DNA of 64,000 nucleotides from Alphaproteobacteria bacterium (GTDB lineage Bacteria; Pseudomonadota; Alphaproteobacteria; Rs-D84): NCBI GenBank assembly GCA_017463185.1, contig JAFTPS010000013.1, positions 3,826 to 67,825 of the forward strand, read 5' to 3'. Shown piece by piece: positions 39,959 to 48,848 of this stretch (position 1 is its first letter; each line of letters starts with the position of its first letter). The notes under the pieces were generated by a model. It saw only the letters and a program-made list of their open reading frames with translations, ran no database searches and was not told where the DNA came from. The position numbers and the translations under genes were made by a program.

Positions 39959-42900
39959 ATGAAACGTATCAAAATTTTTCTGATTTCATTATTTATGGCG
40001 ACGGCGGCTAACGCAGCTAGCGGTGATTTTATGATGGCGGCGCAATTGTTGGCAGCGGCTAAAAGTGCCGATATTCAGCAGGTGCAAAGCCTGGTCAATA
40101 ATGGGGCGAATATAAATTTTGTGGATTCAACGGGGCTGTCTATTGTTTGTACGGCGTTGATGAACAATGATGTGCGCGCGGCACAAATCTTGCAAATGTA
40201 TGGGGCGGATGCGTCTAGATGCGACAGTCAAATCAAACAGTATAATAAAAAAAATAAATCAAAGGGCAGTGGTGGATTGTTTAGCGGACTGTCGTCTGCC
40301 CAGACCATAAGTTTAGCGGCGGCGGGGGCCGCCGTTGTTGTAGGGGGACTGTTTTTATTGACAGATGTGTTTGATCCGGGTAATGACAACGAATCGGGGA
40401 CGTCTGGTGGAAATCGTCCAGATAATAATAATGGTGGTGGTTCATCTGGGGGGGCAGGAACAGCTTTTGTGACTGTGCCATACAGTCCGGCATATCTGGG
40501 GACTGATGGTAATGTGACGACCAGTGATGCCACATATCAGGCGAATTTATTGGAATGGGACCCTTCTGCGGGCGGTGTGCGCGAGTGGGACTTTAATTAT
40601 TTTCGCCCCACGGTTCAGACAGAAAATAATTATTTGGTGGATGGGATAAAATTACCAATGCAGAACTATTTGCTGATGATGCACGGATACGCTGCGTTTG
40701 CAAATGAATATCTGGGCCAGAAAATATTCCGTAATGAAATAACCAATAATCCTGTATTGGTGGCGAATGACGCCGGTGGTGGCGTGCCGGTGATTGTGGG
40801 ATTGGTGACGGCAAATGGTGTAAATGCGACGGGGGCGGCCGCACGTGGTGATGGAATAGAATACGCAAACAGTGCAGCGGCTGATGCGACGACTTATTTG
40901 CTGGATAAATATTTGAATTATAATAATCCCTCGTCCGGTGTGCTGGGGGCGGAAATTGCGGGTTTTGATTTTTCGGGTTCTGGGACCGCGATGAATCCGT
41001 TCGCGTCTGCATATGACAGTGCGCTGGGGAAAATCGTTGCAGGTTGGAACGCGGGCGGTCGCTCGTACGGTGATTTATTTGGTTTTGTGCCAAATGGTCG
41101 CCTGGGGGTGTACAGAACCGGTGGTGGCACCGAATGGATATCCATTGCTGACCCAACGGCGGGGGGCGCGGTTGGGACCCTGACCGATGTTGATGGCACC
41201 GCCGGCGTGATAGAGGCTGGTGATACAATCACCATAAATGGTATAACATATAATATAGAATCTGCATTGACCGATACCACGGTCGTAAATCCAACTATTA
41301 CGGTCAATGGCACAACATATAAATTGGCGGATGGTACAAATATGTTAAAGGGTGTCTGTACCAGTGATACCGACGGGGCATGTGATGATGTTTCCGATAT
41401 TGCGATTTATGTTGGTGTGGAAAGTGCGGGTAACAGCAAGTATTATTATGTAAATACCACCGGTGGTGACACGGTGGATGCTGTTTATACGGTAGATTCT
41501 AATAATATTTACAAACAAAAAGAATTGGTTGATTCCGATTATAAAAATTTCCAGGCTTTGTATGCGGGACGTTCGGTCAGTAATGTGTTGGCAAATGTTT
41601 CTGTAATAGAACCATCACGTGATGCTAATTATTTGACTGTGAATGAAATGCCGGCTTTATTAGCGTTAAGTTCCGCCAGTGACACCGAAACATTTATGGC
41701 ACAAATAGATTCCGTTTATGACCGCAATAGCGCGGATACTATGACCCAGGGTGCATATGCAAATTCTATGTTTAATGGATATGGGGCGTCTTCTCCAATT
41801 TTGGTTATGCCGGCCGGTGAATTTGAATTTGGCAGTGGGACTGGAAAATCTTTGTCCGTGTTGGATGCTACTTTTGAAAATTATGCACCGGTAATATATG
41901 GGGCAAATTTGGAACATAACTTTATGACCGTGGTTGCGGTTCAGCATTCAGTGGGTACCACGGCGGCTGGTTCAATTGGTGCGTATGGTAATGGAATTGG
42001 GGATAATTATGGGCCACTGTATTTATCTATGTGGACCGATACCCAGGGTACAGATAATACCGACGATGATGTTTTATATTCCGCGCGTAAATGTGGTGTC
42101 GCTGGATTGGGAATAAATGGTATTGACCCGTGGTGTTTTTCCGCCGCCGGTGCGACATCTGAAATGGCCACCGCCAGTGCCGCTGGTGCTGTTGCCGCAC
42201 TGAAAGGCGCGTTTGATTATATGAGTAATAAACAAATATTTTATTTAATGGCCCTGACCGCTGACGGTTGGATGCTGGGGACGGATGACAGTGGCACGGC
42301 ATTTACATCCGATACTTTGGCAAATTATTTACAGGCTATGTATTCTTTGCCACCCGAATATTATGCCGATACACTGGATTCAGAAGCGTATCTGGCCGCC
42401 TTTGCAGAAGTGTATGGTTATGGCCTGATAAATCTGGACCGCGCAATGCGCCCCAATCACAAGGTTTATTATTATAATGGAACGGATATTGTTTCGGCTG
42501 ATGGAAATGCATATTGGCGGGCCGCTTCAAATACGGCATTTCGGTCGTCGTCGGTACTGAATCCACGCGGGGTATCTATTGCGGCACCGTTCTTTGATAT
42601 TTTGGAAAGTGTTGATGGCAAAATGTCTTTGCCACGCGTGTGGGAAAATTCGTTTGCGCTGGGGGCGGCTGATGCGCGGGCGTTATATATGGGTGATGTG
42701 TTGGGCGAACTGACCACGCGTCGCGATACGGCGCGTCGTGTTCAGATCGGAAATATTGGTTTTTCAATGGCTATGTCTGAGCGCGCATATGTTGATAATA
42801 TGAATGGCTTGGATAATATGTCGTTGGATTATCGTATTGGTAATTGGAATTTTGGTGCGTCGTATCAGCATTACTTTACCGATGGGGTATCGCGTTTTAC

Positions 42901-43687
42901 GGGGTTGTCTAATCCTGTGTTGGGATTGGCGACGAATGTTGTGACATCGGACGTGGCATATAACTTTGGTAATTGGACTTTTGGAACGCGGGCGTTTTCT
43001 GGGGCTATAACGGACGAGGGTTTATTAGAAAATGATCCGACTATTTCATCGCAGTATATGCCAGCAAAGTTAGGTTTGATGCAGGGGGCGGAATCTAATG
43101 TTGGGTGGAAAAACGATAAATTTATGTTTTCAGCATCTGTTGGTACGGCTGTGGAATCCGATACCCTGTTGGGGGCGCAAAGTGGTGGCCTGTTAAATCT
43201 GGGGACGGGTGATACGACATATGTTGATGCGTTGGCAAAATATAATGTCGCAGATGATATTACACTGACGGCGCGTGCAACATTTGCGCGCACGGTGTCC
43301 GATGCGTCGGGTGAATTTATTCTGGGGTTGACGGATATAGAATCAAATGCATTTGCTTTGGGGGCCAGTATTGGAAACTTTGATTTTGCCGTGTCGCAAC
43401 CGTTAGCGGTGCATCGCGGGGCATTGCGCTATGCTGCGGCCGACTATGAAATTGTGGATGATTTGAATGGGGGGTACGAATTAAATATTGTTGATACACG
43501 TATTGCGGATTTATCCCTGCGTCCGGAAAGTCGTGAAATGCGGTTTAATATGACTTATCGCCATAATTTTGGTGAATTTACCGATGGGGCAATTGGATTT
43601 ATATATCGCATAAATCCAAACCATACGGATGAATTTGGTAATGAGTCTATATTTATGATGAAATTGACACATAGGCTCGGAATATAA
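39959..43687 (+). CDS. Large secreted protein (1242 aa). Order of parts: signal peptide, ankyrin repeat, Gly/Asn linker, subtilase (S8)-like domain (possibly catalytically degenerate), C-terminal beta-barrel-like (autotransporter-like) region.
   Basis: Signal peptide MKRIKIFLISLFMATAANAA. Ankyrin-like DIQQVQSLVNNGANINFVDSTGLSIVCTALMNNDVRAAQIL. S8-like blocks VAVQHSVGTTAAGSIGAYGNG (His block), AGATSEMATASAAGAVAAL (Ser block), GYGLINLDRAM. The last 450 aa or so have alternating-hydrophobic strands (YRIGNWNFGASYQHYF etc.). Start moved from the ORF-track 39794 to 39959. Confidence 0.55.
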   Translation: MKRIKIFLISLFMATAANAASGDFMMAAQLLAAAKSADIQQVQSLVNNGANINFVDSTGLSIVCTALMNNDVRAAQILQMYGADASRCDSQIKQYNKKNKSKGSGGLFSGLSSAQTISLAAAGAAVVVGGLFLLTDVFDPGNDNESGTSGGNRPDNNNGGGSSGGAGTAFVTVPYSPAYLGTDGNVTTSDATYQANLLEWDPSAGGVREWDFNYFRPTVQTENNYLVDGIKLPMQNYLLMMHGYAAFANEYLGQKIFRNEITNNPVLVANDAGGGVPVIVGLVTANGVNATGAAARGDGIEYANSAAADATTYLLDKYLNYNNPSSGVLGAEIAGFDFSGSGTAMNPFASAYDSALGKIVAGWNAGGRSYGDLFGFVPNGRLGVYRTGGGTEWISIADPTAGGAVGTLTDVDGTAGVIEAGDTITINGITYNIESALTDTTVVNPTITVNGTTYKLADGTNMLKGVCTSDTDGACDDVSDIAIYVGVESAGNSKYYYVNTTGGDTVDAVYTVDSNNIYKQKELVDSDYKNFQALYAGRSVSNVLANVSVIEPSRDANYLTVNEMPALLALSSASDTETFMAQIDSVYDRNSADTMTQGAYANSMFNGYGASSPILVMPAGEFEFGSGTGKSLSVLDATFENYAPVIYGANLEHNFMTVVAVQHSVGTTAAGSIGAYGNGIGDNYGPLYLSMWTDTQGTDNTDDDVLYSARKCGVAGLGINGIDPWCFSAAGATSEMATASAAGAVAALKGAFDYMSNKQIFYLMALTADGWMLGTDDSGTAFTSDTLANYLQAMYSLPPEYYADTLDSEAYLAAFAEVYGYGLINLDRAMRPNHKVYYYNGTDIVSADGNAYWRAASNTAFRSSSVLNPRGVSIAAPFFDILESVDGKMSLPRVWENSFALGAADARALYMGDVLGELTTRRDTARRVQIGNIGFSMAMSERAYVDNMNGLDNMSLDYRIGNWNFGASYQHYFTDGVSRFTGLSNPVLGLATNVVTSDVAYNFGNWTFGTRAFSGAITDEGLLENDPTISSQYMPAKLGLMQGAESNVGWKNDKFMFSASVGTAVESDTLLGAQSGGLLNLGTGDTTYVDALAKYNVADDITLTARATFARTVSDASGEFILGLTDIESNAFALGASIGNFDFAVSQPLAVHRGALRYAAADYEIVDDLNGGYELNIVDTRIADLSLRPESREMRFNMTYRHNFGEFTDGAIGFIYRINPNHTDEFGNESIFMMKLTHRLGI

Positions 43688-43689
43688 AA

Positions 43690-43712
43690 ATCCCCCGAAT
43701 GGGGGATTTTTA
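43690..43712 (+). terminator. Rho-independent terminator (ATCCCCCGAATGGGGGAT).
   Basis: Stereotyped hairpin plus T-run. Confidence 0.6.
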
Positions 43713-43791
43713 TGAAAAGTTGTGGAAAATAATTTTTATTGTCTTTTATTTATTTGGGTATATTATTGTGTGACAATAAAAAGGATTTTGT

Positions 43792-44205
43792 ATGAATTTT
43801 ACAATAGTTGTTGATTATGTAAAAAATTTATTCCCGGGTCGCGCCCCGGTCGCCCCCAGTGATAATCCGGTGGCGGATGCCAATGTTTTAGCGCATTTGT
43901 CAAATAATATGTTTTATACCGTTGCGTCAAACGGTAATTCATATTGGTATTATTTTGTAAATGATGATAGCGATTTGAATCTTGCTAAATATATCCTGCG
44001 CAGCAATGGGATAAGGGTTGAAAAACATAACAGTCATTATTTCTGGGGTGAACGCCAGCCTGTATTGCGTGTGCGTCGCTATTTGTTGCGTGGCAATATT
44101 GGCGCCCAGAATTTTGTGGAACGGTTGATGACGATAAATACGGCCAGCCTGGAACAAAAGGCAATAGATTCCCGTATTGCAGCAGTGAAACAGAAATTGA
44201 AATAA
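43792..44205 (+). CDS. Hypothetical protein (137 aa).
   Basis: Intact ORF with its own terminator at 44209-44231. No recognisable family. Confidence 0.35.
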   Translation: MNFTIVVDYVKNLFPGRAPVAPSDNPVADANVLAHLSNNMFYTVASNGNSYWYYFVNDDSDLNLAKYILRSNGIRVEKHNSHYFWGERQPVLRVRRYLLRGNIGAQNFVERLMTINTASLEQKAIDSRIAAVKQKLK

Positions 44206-44329
44206 AAAATCGCCCGTTTGGGCGATTTTTTATTTGAATGAGCAAAGAGCAATTAAAAATTCTGTTTATAGTATCTATCACTAATAACAAATAACCAATA
44301 ACTAATGCACTATTGTATTAAATTTATGA

Positions 44330-44358
44330 TTGAAAAAGTGGGGGCGGGGTGCTATAAT
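44330..44358 (+). promoter_or_regulatory. Sigma70-like promoter TTGAAA-17-TGcTATAAT with an extended -10.
   Basis: Good -35/-10 with 17-nt spacing, about 250 nt upstream of the 44604/44829 operon. A hairpin and T-run lie at about 44430-44460. Confidence 0.45.
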
Positions 44359-44480
44359 GCGAGTGTCAACGGGATTTTTCGTTGATGGGGTGTGAGAACC
44401 CGGGCAACAAGCGTCTATGGATGAAGTAAGGGGCGCGCCATTTTATGGGCGTGTTTTTTGTGTCATAGATGAACAGAAAA

Positions 44481-44502
44481 CTCCTGACCACTGGTCAGGA
44501 GG
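44481..44502. promoter_or_regulatory. Perfect palindrome CTCCTGACC-ACT-GGTCAGGAGG (operator-like). Extra half-site CCTCCTGACCG at 44554-44564.
   Basis: Same 9-bp inverted repeat as at 15087-15107. Confidence 0.5.
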
Positions 44503-44603
44503 GCTTGCGATATATATAAATAAGCAGCACAATACTTGTTGATTGTTCTCAACCTCCTGACCGTCTGAAATTATTCGGCGGTTTTTCTATTGGGGGAAAT
44601 AAA

Positions 44604-44807
44604 ATGTTGAGAGTATTTTTATTTGTACTGTTTACCGTAATGGGTGCACACGCTGAATCTGTATCTATTGCAGGGACCTCGTATGTTGATACGGCGGTAT
44701 CAAGCAAGGTTGACACCGCCGCAACTGCGAGTCAAGAAATGGCCGGCTCGTACACTGTGTCGGGGACGTTGGTTGTTCCCACCCCACCGTTGCCCACCGC
44801 AGAGTAA
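44604..44807 (+). CDS. Small secreted Ser/Thr/Val-rich protein (67 aa).
   Basis: Signal peptide MLRVFLFVLFTVMGAHA, immediately upstream of the repeat-protein gene. Confidence 0.35.
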   Translation: MLRVFLFVLFTVMGAHAESVSIAGTSYVDTAVSSKVDTAATASQEMAGSYTVSGTLVVPTPPLPTAE

Positions 44808-44828
44808 AATAACAGGAGTCGGCCACCT

Positions 44829-46622
44829 ATGAAAAAGTTTATAATGTTTTGTATCGGTATATTTACCGTATTATCTGCGTATTCAGCACAGATAGTGAAT
44901 GTGGAATATATCCATAACGCGATTCAGAATAAATGGGATATAAGCCTGCCTTATAATAGTGAACTAAGTGAACCGCGCGTTGCGGCAAATATGAAATATT
45001 TACTGACCGCAGTTGATGTAGCGAACCAGGTAGTAAATGGAGCCGCGATTACGGACTATGGCAATGGAGAATATGCGACAATGGTTGCTGCTGATACGAT
45101 TGCGACGAACGCGGCTGTGGACGAGTTGATAACACAAAGTGGTTTAACATTTCGTACCACGTCGGACGCAACCAGTTTTTCTATTACTATATCGGCCACA
45201 GGGAACTTTACAATTGGATGGGGTGATGGTGTTGTAGAGACAATAGAAAGGACCGATACCACCGCCACCACATATTCACATACATACGATACTGCCAAAA
45301 CCCGTTATGTGAAACTGAGTGGTATGGCCACGGGGTATAATGTTAATGGTTTTGTTGCAAGTGTAAAAATTGGTACACCAACAAATATTGCGGGATTGTC
45401 AGGTTCATTGGGTGGGGTATTCCCAACATTGGATAGTGGTGAACAACCCAGTTTTTATGGTACATTTGGGGGGACAACAAATCTGACCAGCAGTATTCCC
45501 GCAGATTTATTTGATGGGGTCAAGGGGGCACCCCGCGAATATATGTTTGCAACATTATTTGATAACAGTGCAATTACTGGCTCAATTCCGTCAAATTTGT
45601 TTTCAGGGATTCAGGGCGCACCCGCCAAAGGTATGTTTGAATCAACTTTTCGTAATGCGTCGGGGTTGACCGGCTCAATCCCAGAGGATTTATTTGCGGG
45701 AATTTCCGGCAAGGCTCAGGATTATATATTTAATATGACATTTCGTGGTTGCAGTGGTTTAATTGGTTCTATTCCAGAAAATCTGTTCGCCGGGATTACT
45801 GGCGCACCAGGGGTTGCGTTTTTCTTTGCGACATTTCGTAATTGCAGTGGTTTAACTGGTTCTATTCCAGAAAATTTATTTGCCGGTATTGATGGTGCAC
45901 CACAGGAATCATGTTTTGCGGAAACTTTTGCATATTGTAGCAAGTTGACCGGAAAGATTCCCGAAAATCTGTTTGCCGGGGTCAAGGGTGCGCCCGCCGT
46001 TCAGATGTTCCACAGTACTTTTGCTGGTAATCGTAGAATGAGTGCGCCTATACCTGAAAACTTATTCGCCGGTATTGATGGTGCGCCTGCCGGCAGTATG
46101 TTTGCACAAACATTTGCGCAATCGGGAATATGTGGGGCGTTGCCCGAAAAACTGTTCGCGGGGGTAAGGGGGACGCCAGCACCAGCTATGTTCTATCAGA
46201 CATTTGTTGATTGTGGTGTATCGTCCATTCCAGCGGGACTGTTTGCCGGAATTCAAGGTGCACCCGCCAGCCAGATGTTTTATCGTACATTCCATTGGAA
46301 TTATGACTTTAATACAATTCCGGCGGGGCTGTTTGCGGGGATTGAGGGTGCACCCGCCAGTCAAATGTTCCAGGGTACATTTGATACCTGTCCAAATGTG
46401 ACATCAATTGGTGCGCCATTATTTGGAAATATATCGGGGGCTGCGGCATCAAATATGTTCTATGGAACGTTCAGTGGGGACAGTGGCCTGACCGGGGCGT
46501 CGGCCCAGTTGGCGGACGGGTCGTATTTGTACGAGAACTGGGAATTTACATCCGACCAGAATACATATAACGGCGCAACAAAATTGGATGACTATGAGAG
46601 TATGCCTGCGTATTGGAAATAA
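44829..46622 (+). CDS. Secreted tandem-repeat protein with about 13 copies of a 28-29-aa repeat (IPENLFAGIxGAPxxxMFxxTFxxCSGLTGS). Resembles DUF285/BspA-type repeats.
   Basis: Signal peptide MKKFIMFCIGIFTVLSAYSA. Highly regular 28-residue periodicity visible directly in the translation. Confidence 0.6.
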   Translation: MKKFIMFCIGIFTVLSAYSAQIVNVEYIHNAIQNKWDISLPYNSELSEPRVAANMKYLLTAVDVANQVVNGAAITDYGNGEYATMVAADTIATNAAVDELITQSGLTFRTTSDATSFSITISATGNFTIGWGDGVVETIERTDTTATTYSHTYDTAKTRYVKLSGMATGYNVNGFVASVKIGTPTNIAGLSGSLGGVFPTLDSGEQPSFYGTFGGTTNLTSSIPADLFDGVKGAPREYMFATLFDNSAITGSIPSNLFSGIQGAPAKGMFESTFRNASGLTGSIPEDLFAGISGKAQDYIFNMTFRGCSGLIGSIPENLFAGITGAPGVAFFFATFRNCSGLTGSIPENLFAGIDGAPQESCFAETFAYCSKLTGKIPENLFAGVKGAPAVQMFHSTFAGNRRMSAPIPENLFAGIDGAPAGSMFAQTFAQSGICGALPEKLFAGVRGTPAPAMFYQTFVDCGVSSIPAGLFAGIQGAPASQMFYRTFHWNYDFNTIPAGLFAGIEGAPASQMFQGTFDTCPNVTSIGAPLFGNISGAAASNMFYGTFSGDSGLTGASAQLADGSYLYENWEFTSDQNTYNGATKLDDYESMPAYWK

Positions 46623-46624
46623 AA

Positions 46625-46648
46625 ATCGCCCGTTTGGGCGATTTTTTA
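46625..46648. terminator. Bidirectional terminator (ATCGCCCGTTTGGGCGAT) between convergent genes.
   Basis: Stereotyped hairpin with flanking A and T runs. Confidence 0.6.
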
Positions 46649-47725
46649 GTCTATTTGTACGGGGACTATGGTTTGGCGTTTAGCTGTGTCCAGTGGGTGG
46701 TACTGGAATGGGACCGTCGCAAAGTCTATGTTTTTCATATCAATGCTGCGAATCGTGCGATTATACATTGTGTGATAATAAATAACCTTGTTTGCCAGGT
46801 CCGTCGCCACGGTCCACTGGGTTGCCGATGGCATATTGTTTGGTGCACGGCCAACTGCAAACTGTACGCCCAGTGGCACATCAAAGTTATTCAGGATATG
46901 AAACGCCTGTTGCATGGTGTCATATGCGTTGTCTTGTTGCAGCGAATATGTTTTGAAAAATGCTGCACGGACAAAACGTGATGGTGGTGTAAAGTCCCCT
47001 GGTATCCCCAGAAAACCAGACCCAGATCCGAATGCACGCAGGGTAATTGGACCGAATTGGGTTGGACCCGCGCCACCCGGGTGCAAATTGACATAGTTGT
47101 TCAGATTGGTTATTTGCCATTGGAATCCGGGCGAGTTTGTCAGGACACCTATTTCATTTTCATAAAAGTTTGGAACGCCGTTCACGATTTCCATTACGAC
47201 CTGGCGACCCGATGGTTCGGTGATACGCCAATGTACGGTTGATGCGGATGGGTCTATATTGATAATGCGGATATCGTTGATTGCTGCTTTTACTTGGTCT
47301 ATGCTGGAAAAGCGTGACAGAATCCAGGAAACGACCTGAAAATCTGCCAGGGATATATCTTGGTCCATTTCATCGTACGGTTTGTATTCGCCATAGTTGG
47401 GGAAATAGAACAGGGCGGCGGACAGGCCTGCTTCGTTTGTGCCATCAACAACAAATTCTGGTTGTTGAACCGCCATACCGACATATCCATACAGGGCCTT
47501 GAATTTAAGGCCGCCGGCCGTACCATCGGGCAGTAAAGATTGCTGTTCGTGGTCGCGTGGGACGATTGCGTAAATGTTGTTCATTTCTGTGCCGGACCAG
47601 TCTATGGTTCGTGCGACGATGACATCATTGTTTTTGGATTTTAATGTGATGCCGGTACAGGCATCTGCGGATTGAGCCATTGCTACGCACGCAGCAACGA
47701 CGGCAAAAAATCTGAATGTGTGCAT
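46646..47725 (-). CDS. Choloylglycine hydrolase / penicillin V acylase family (Ntn hydrolase, linear amide C-N hydrolase).
   Basis: Signal peptide ending ...AQSADA followed directly by the nucleophile Cys in CTGITLKSKNNDVIVARTIDW. Length about 330 aa mature, typical for the family. Confidence 0.7.
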   Translation of the reverse strand: MHTFRFFAVVAACVAMAQSADACTGITLKSKNNDVIVARTIDWSGTEMNNIYAIVPRDHEQQSLLPDGTAGGLKFKALYGYVGMAVQQPEFVVDGTNEAGLSAALFYFPNYGEYKPYDEMDQDISLADFQVVSWILSRFSSIDQVKAAINDIRIINIDPSASTVHWRITEPSGRQVVMEIVNGVPNFYENEIGVLTNSPGFQWQITNLNNYVNLHPGGAGPTQFGPITLRAFGSGSGFLGIPGDFTPPSRFVRAAFFKTYSLQQDNAYDTMQQAFHILNNFDVPLGVQFAVGRAPNNMPSATQWTVATDLANKVIYYHTMYNRTIRSIDMKNIDFATVPFQYHPLDTAKRQTIVPVQID

Positions 47726-47839
47726 TATTATAAGCCTCCCTTATGTATCAATTATTTATATTTTGATTGGATTATGCACTAGGACAGATTTCGGGAAAGA
47801 TATGCAAATACAAATCGTCGCACCACATTCCAAAAATTA

Positions 47840-47860
47840 AAACGCCCACATGGGGCGTTT
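47840..47860 (-). terminator. Hairpin terminator (AAACGCCCCATGTGGGCGTTT) following tRNA-Gln on the minus strand.
   Basis: 7-bp GC-rich stem immediately 3' of the tRNA, followed on the minus strand by TTTTAATTTTTG. Confidence 0.5.
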
Positions 47861-47867
47861 GAATCTT

Positions 47868-47941
47868 TGGTTGGGGCAGCTGGATTCGAACCAACACTGA
47901 CGGAGTCAGAGTCCGGAGTTCTACCATTAAACTATGCCCCA
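47868..47941 (-). tRNA. tRNA-Gln (anticodon CUG).
   Basis: Reverse complement TGGGGCATAGTTTAATGGTAGAACTCCGGACTCTGACTCCGTCAGTGTTGGTTCGAATCCAGCTGCCCCAACCA. UGGGG 5' end typical of tRNA-Gln. Anticodon loop CTCTGAC. Confidence 0.8.
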
Positions 47942-48106
47942 ATGCCCGGCTATTATATGCATGACGATTACATTTTGCAAGCACAAAATTTAACACTTTT
48001 CACGGAAATTCACTAAACCCAACGGACACGACAAATTATTCACTGCTTTCCTGTGGATTTTTTGAAACCAACCCCTATGCTGAATTTATAACCAAAAGGA
48101 CATTCA

Positions 48107-48253
48107 ATGACAGAAAAATTACTCACCCCAAATCAACTGGCAGAAAACCTTGGGATCAAACCCTTCACCCTGTTGCAATACAGAATGAATGGCAAAGGGC
48201 CAAAATATATCAAATTGGGACACCTGGTGCGAAATAGGACTCGCCCCCAGTAA
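48107..48253 (+). CDS. AlpA/excisionase-family HTH protein (48 aa, possibly C-terminally truncated).
   Basis: MTEKLLTPNQLAENLGIKPFTLLQYRMNGKGPKYIKLGHLVRNRTRPQ matches the HTH_17 logic (LT..QLAE.LG...TL..YR..G.GP..IKLG..VR). Below the ORF-track size cut-off. Confidence 0.55.
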   Translation: MTEKLLTPNQLAENLGIKPFTLLQYRMNGKGPKYIKLGHLVRNRTRPQ

Positions 48254-48848
48254 CAACATGTCGCACTGGTTCACGTCTGCCGGCATAGAACCCCAGCAAG
48301 AACAGAGCTGGAACGATTAAAAGCACGACTCTGTCTTTCATCGACTCCCACATAAAAGACCACTCAACAAAGTGAGTGGTCGGGAGTTGAACAGTTCAAG
48401 AACAGAACTCCGTGCTTTCGGGATAAATCCCTATGGTATGGCAACGGCATCCCGACCAGAGTCGGGACATTAGAAGTTAAAGTTCTTGGGTGTTCAAACC
48501 CGTTTACACTTATAATGTCGCTTGTGCAATAAAATGCACAAGAACATTCTACTATAAAATATTAAAAAATCACCCCTGACATATTTTCTATTTTTATCAA
48601 GATTTCTTTGGTTTTTATTCATATAAAGTTTGTTTTTACCCCGTTTTTATGATACAATATTTGCCGACACAGGCGACTGTGTTGGGCGTTACAACCCATA
48701 ACATTAGGTGTCCGTGGGGACACAAAAAACCTCTAACCTTTGGTTGGAGGGCGGCGAATATACCGAATAAGCCCGCTATTTCCTAATGTTATAGTTGTAA
48801 ACCTCCAACCACCAAAGAATGCCTGTGTGGAATTAAACGGAGAGTAGC

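Noticed and set aside
44361-44460. Possible about 100-nt sRNA between the TTGAAA-17-TATAAT promoter and a hairpin plus T-run
   Set aside because: The putative terminator stem is only about 4 GC pairs. It is more likely a long 5' leader of the 44604/44829 operon, which also contains the palindromic operator. It is mentioned under the promoter feature only.
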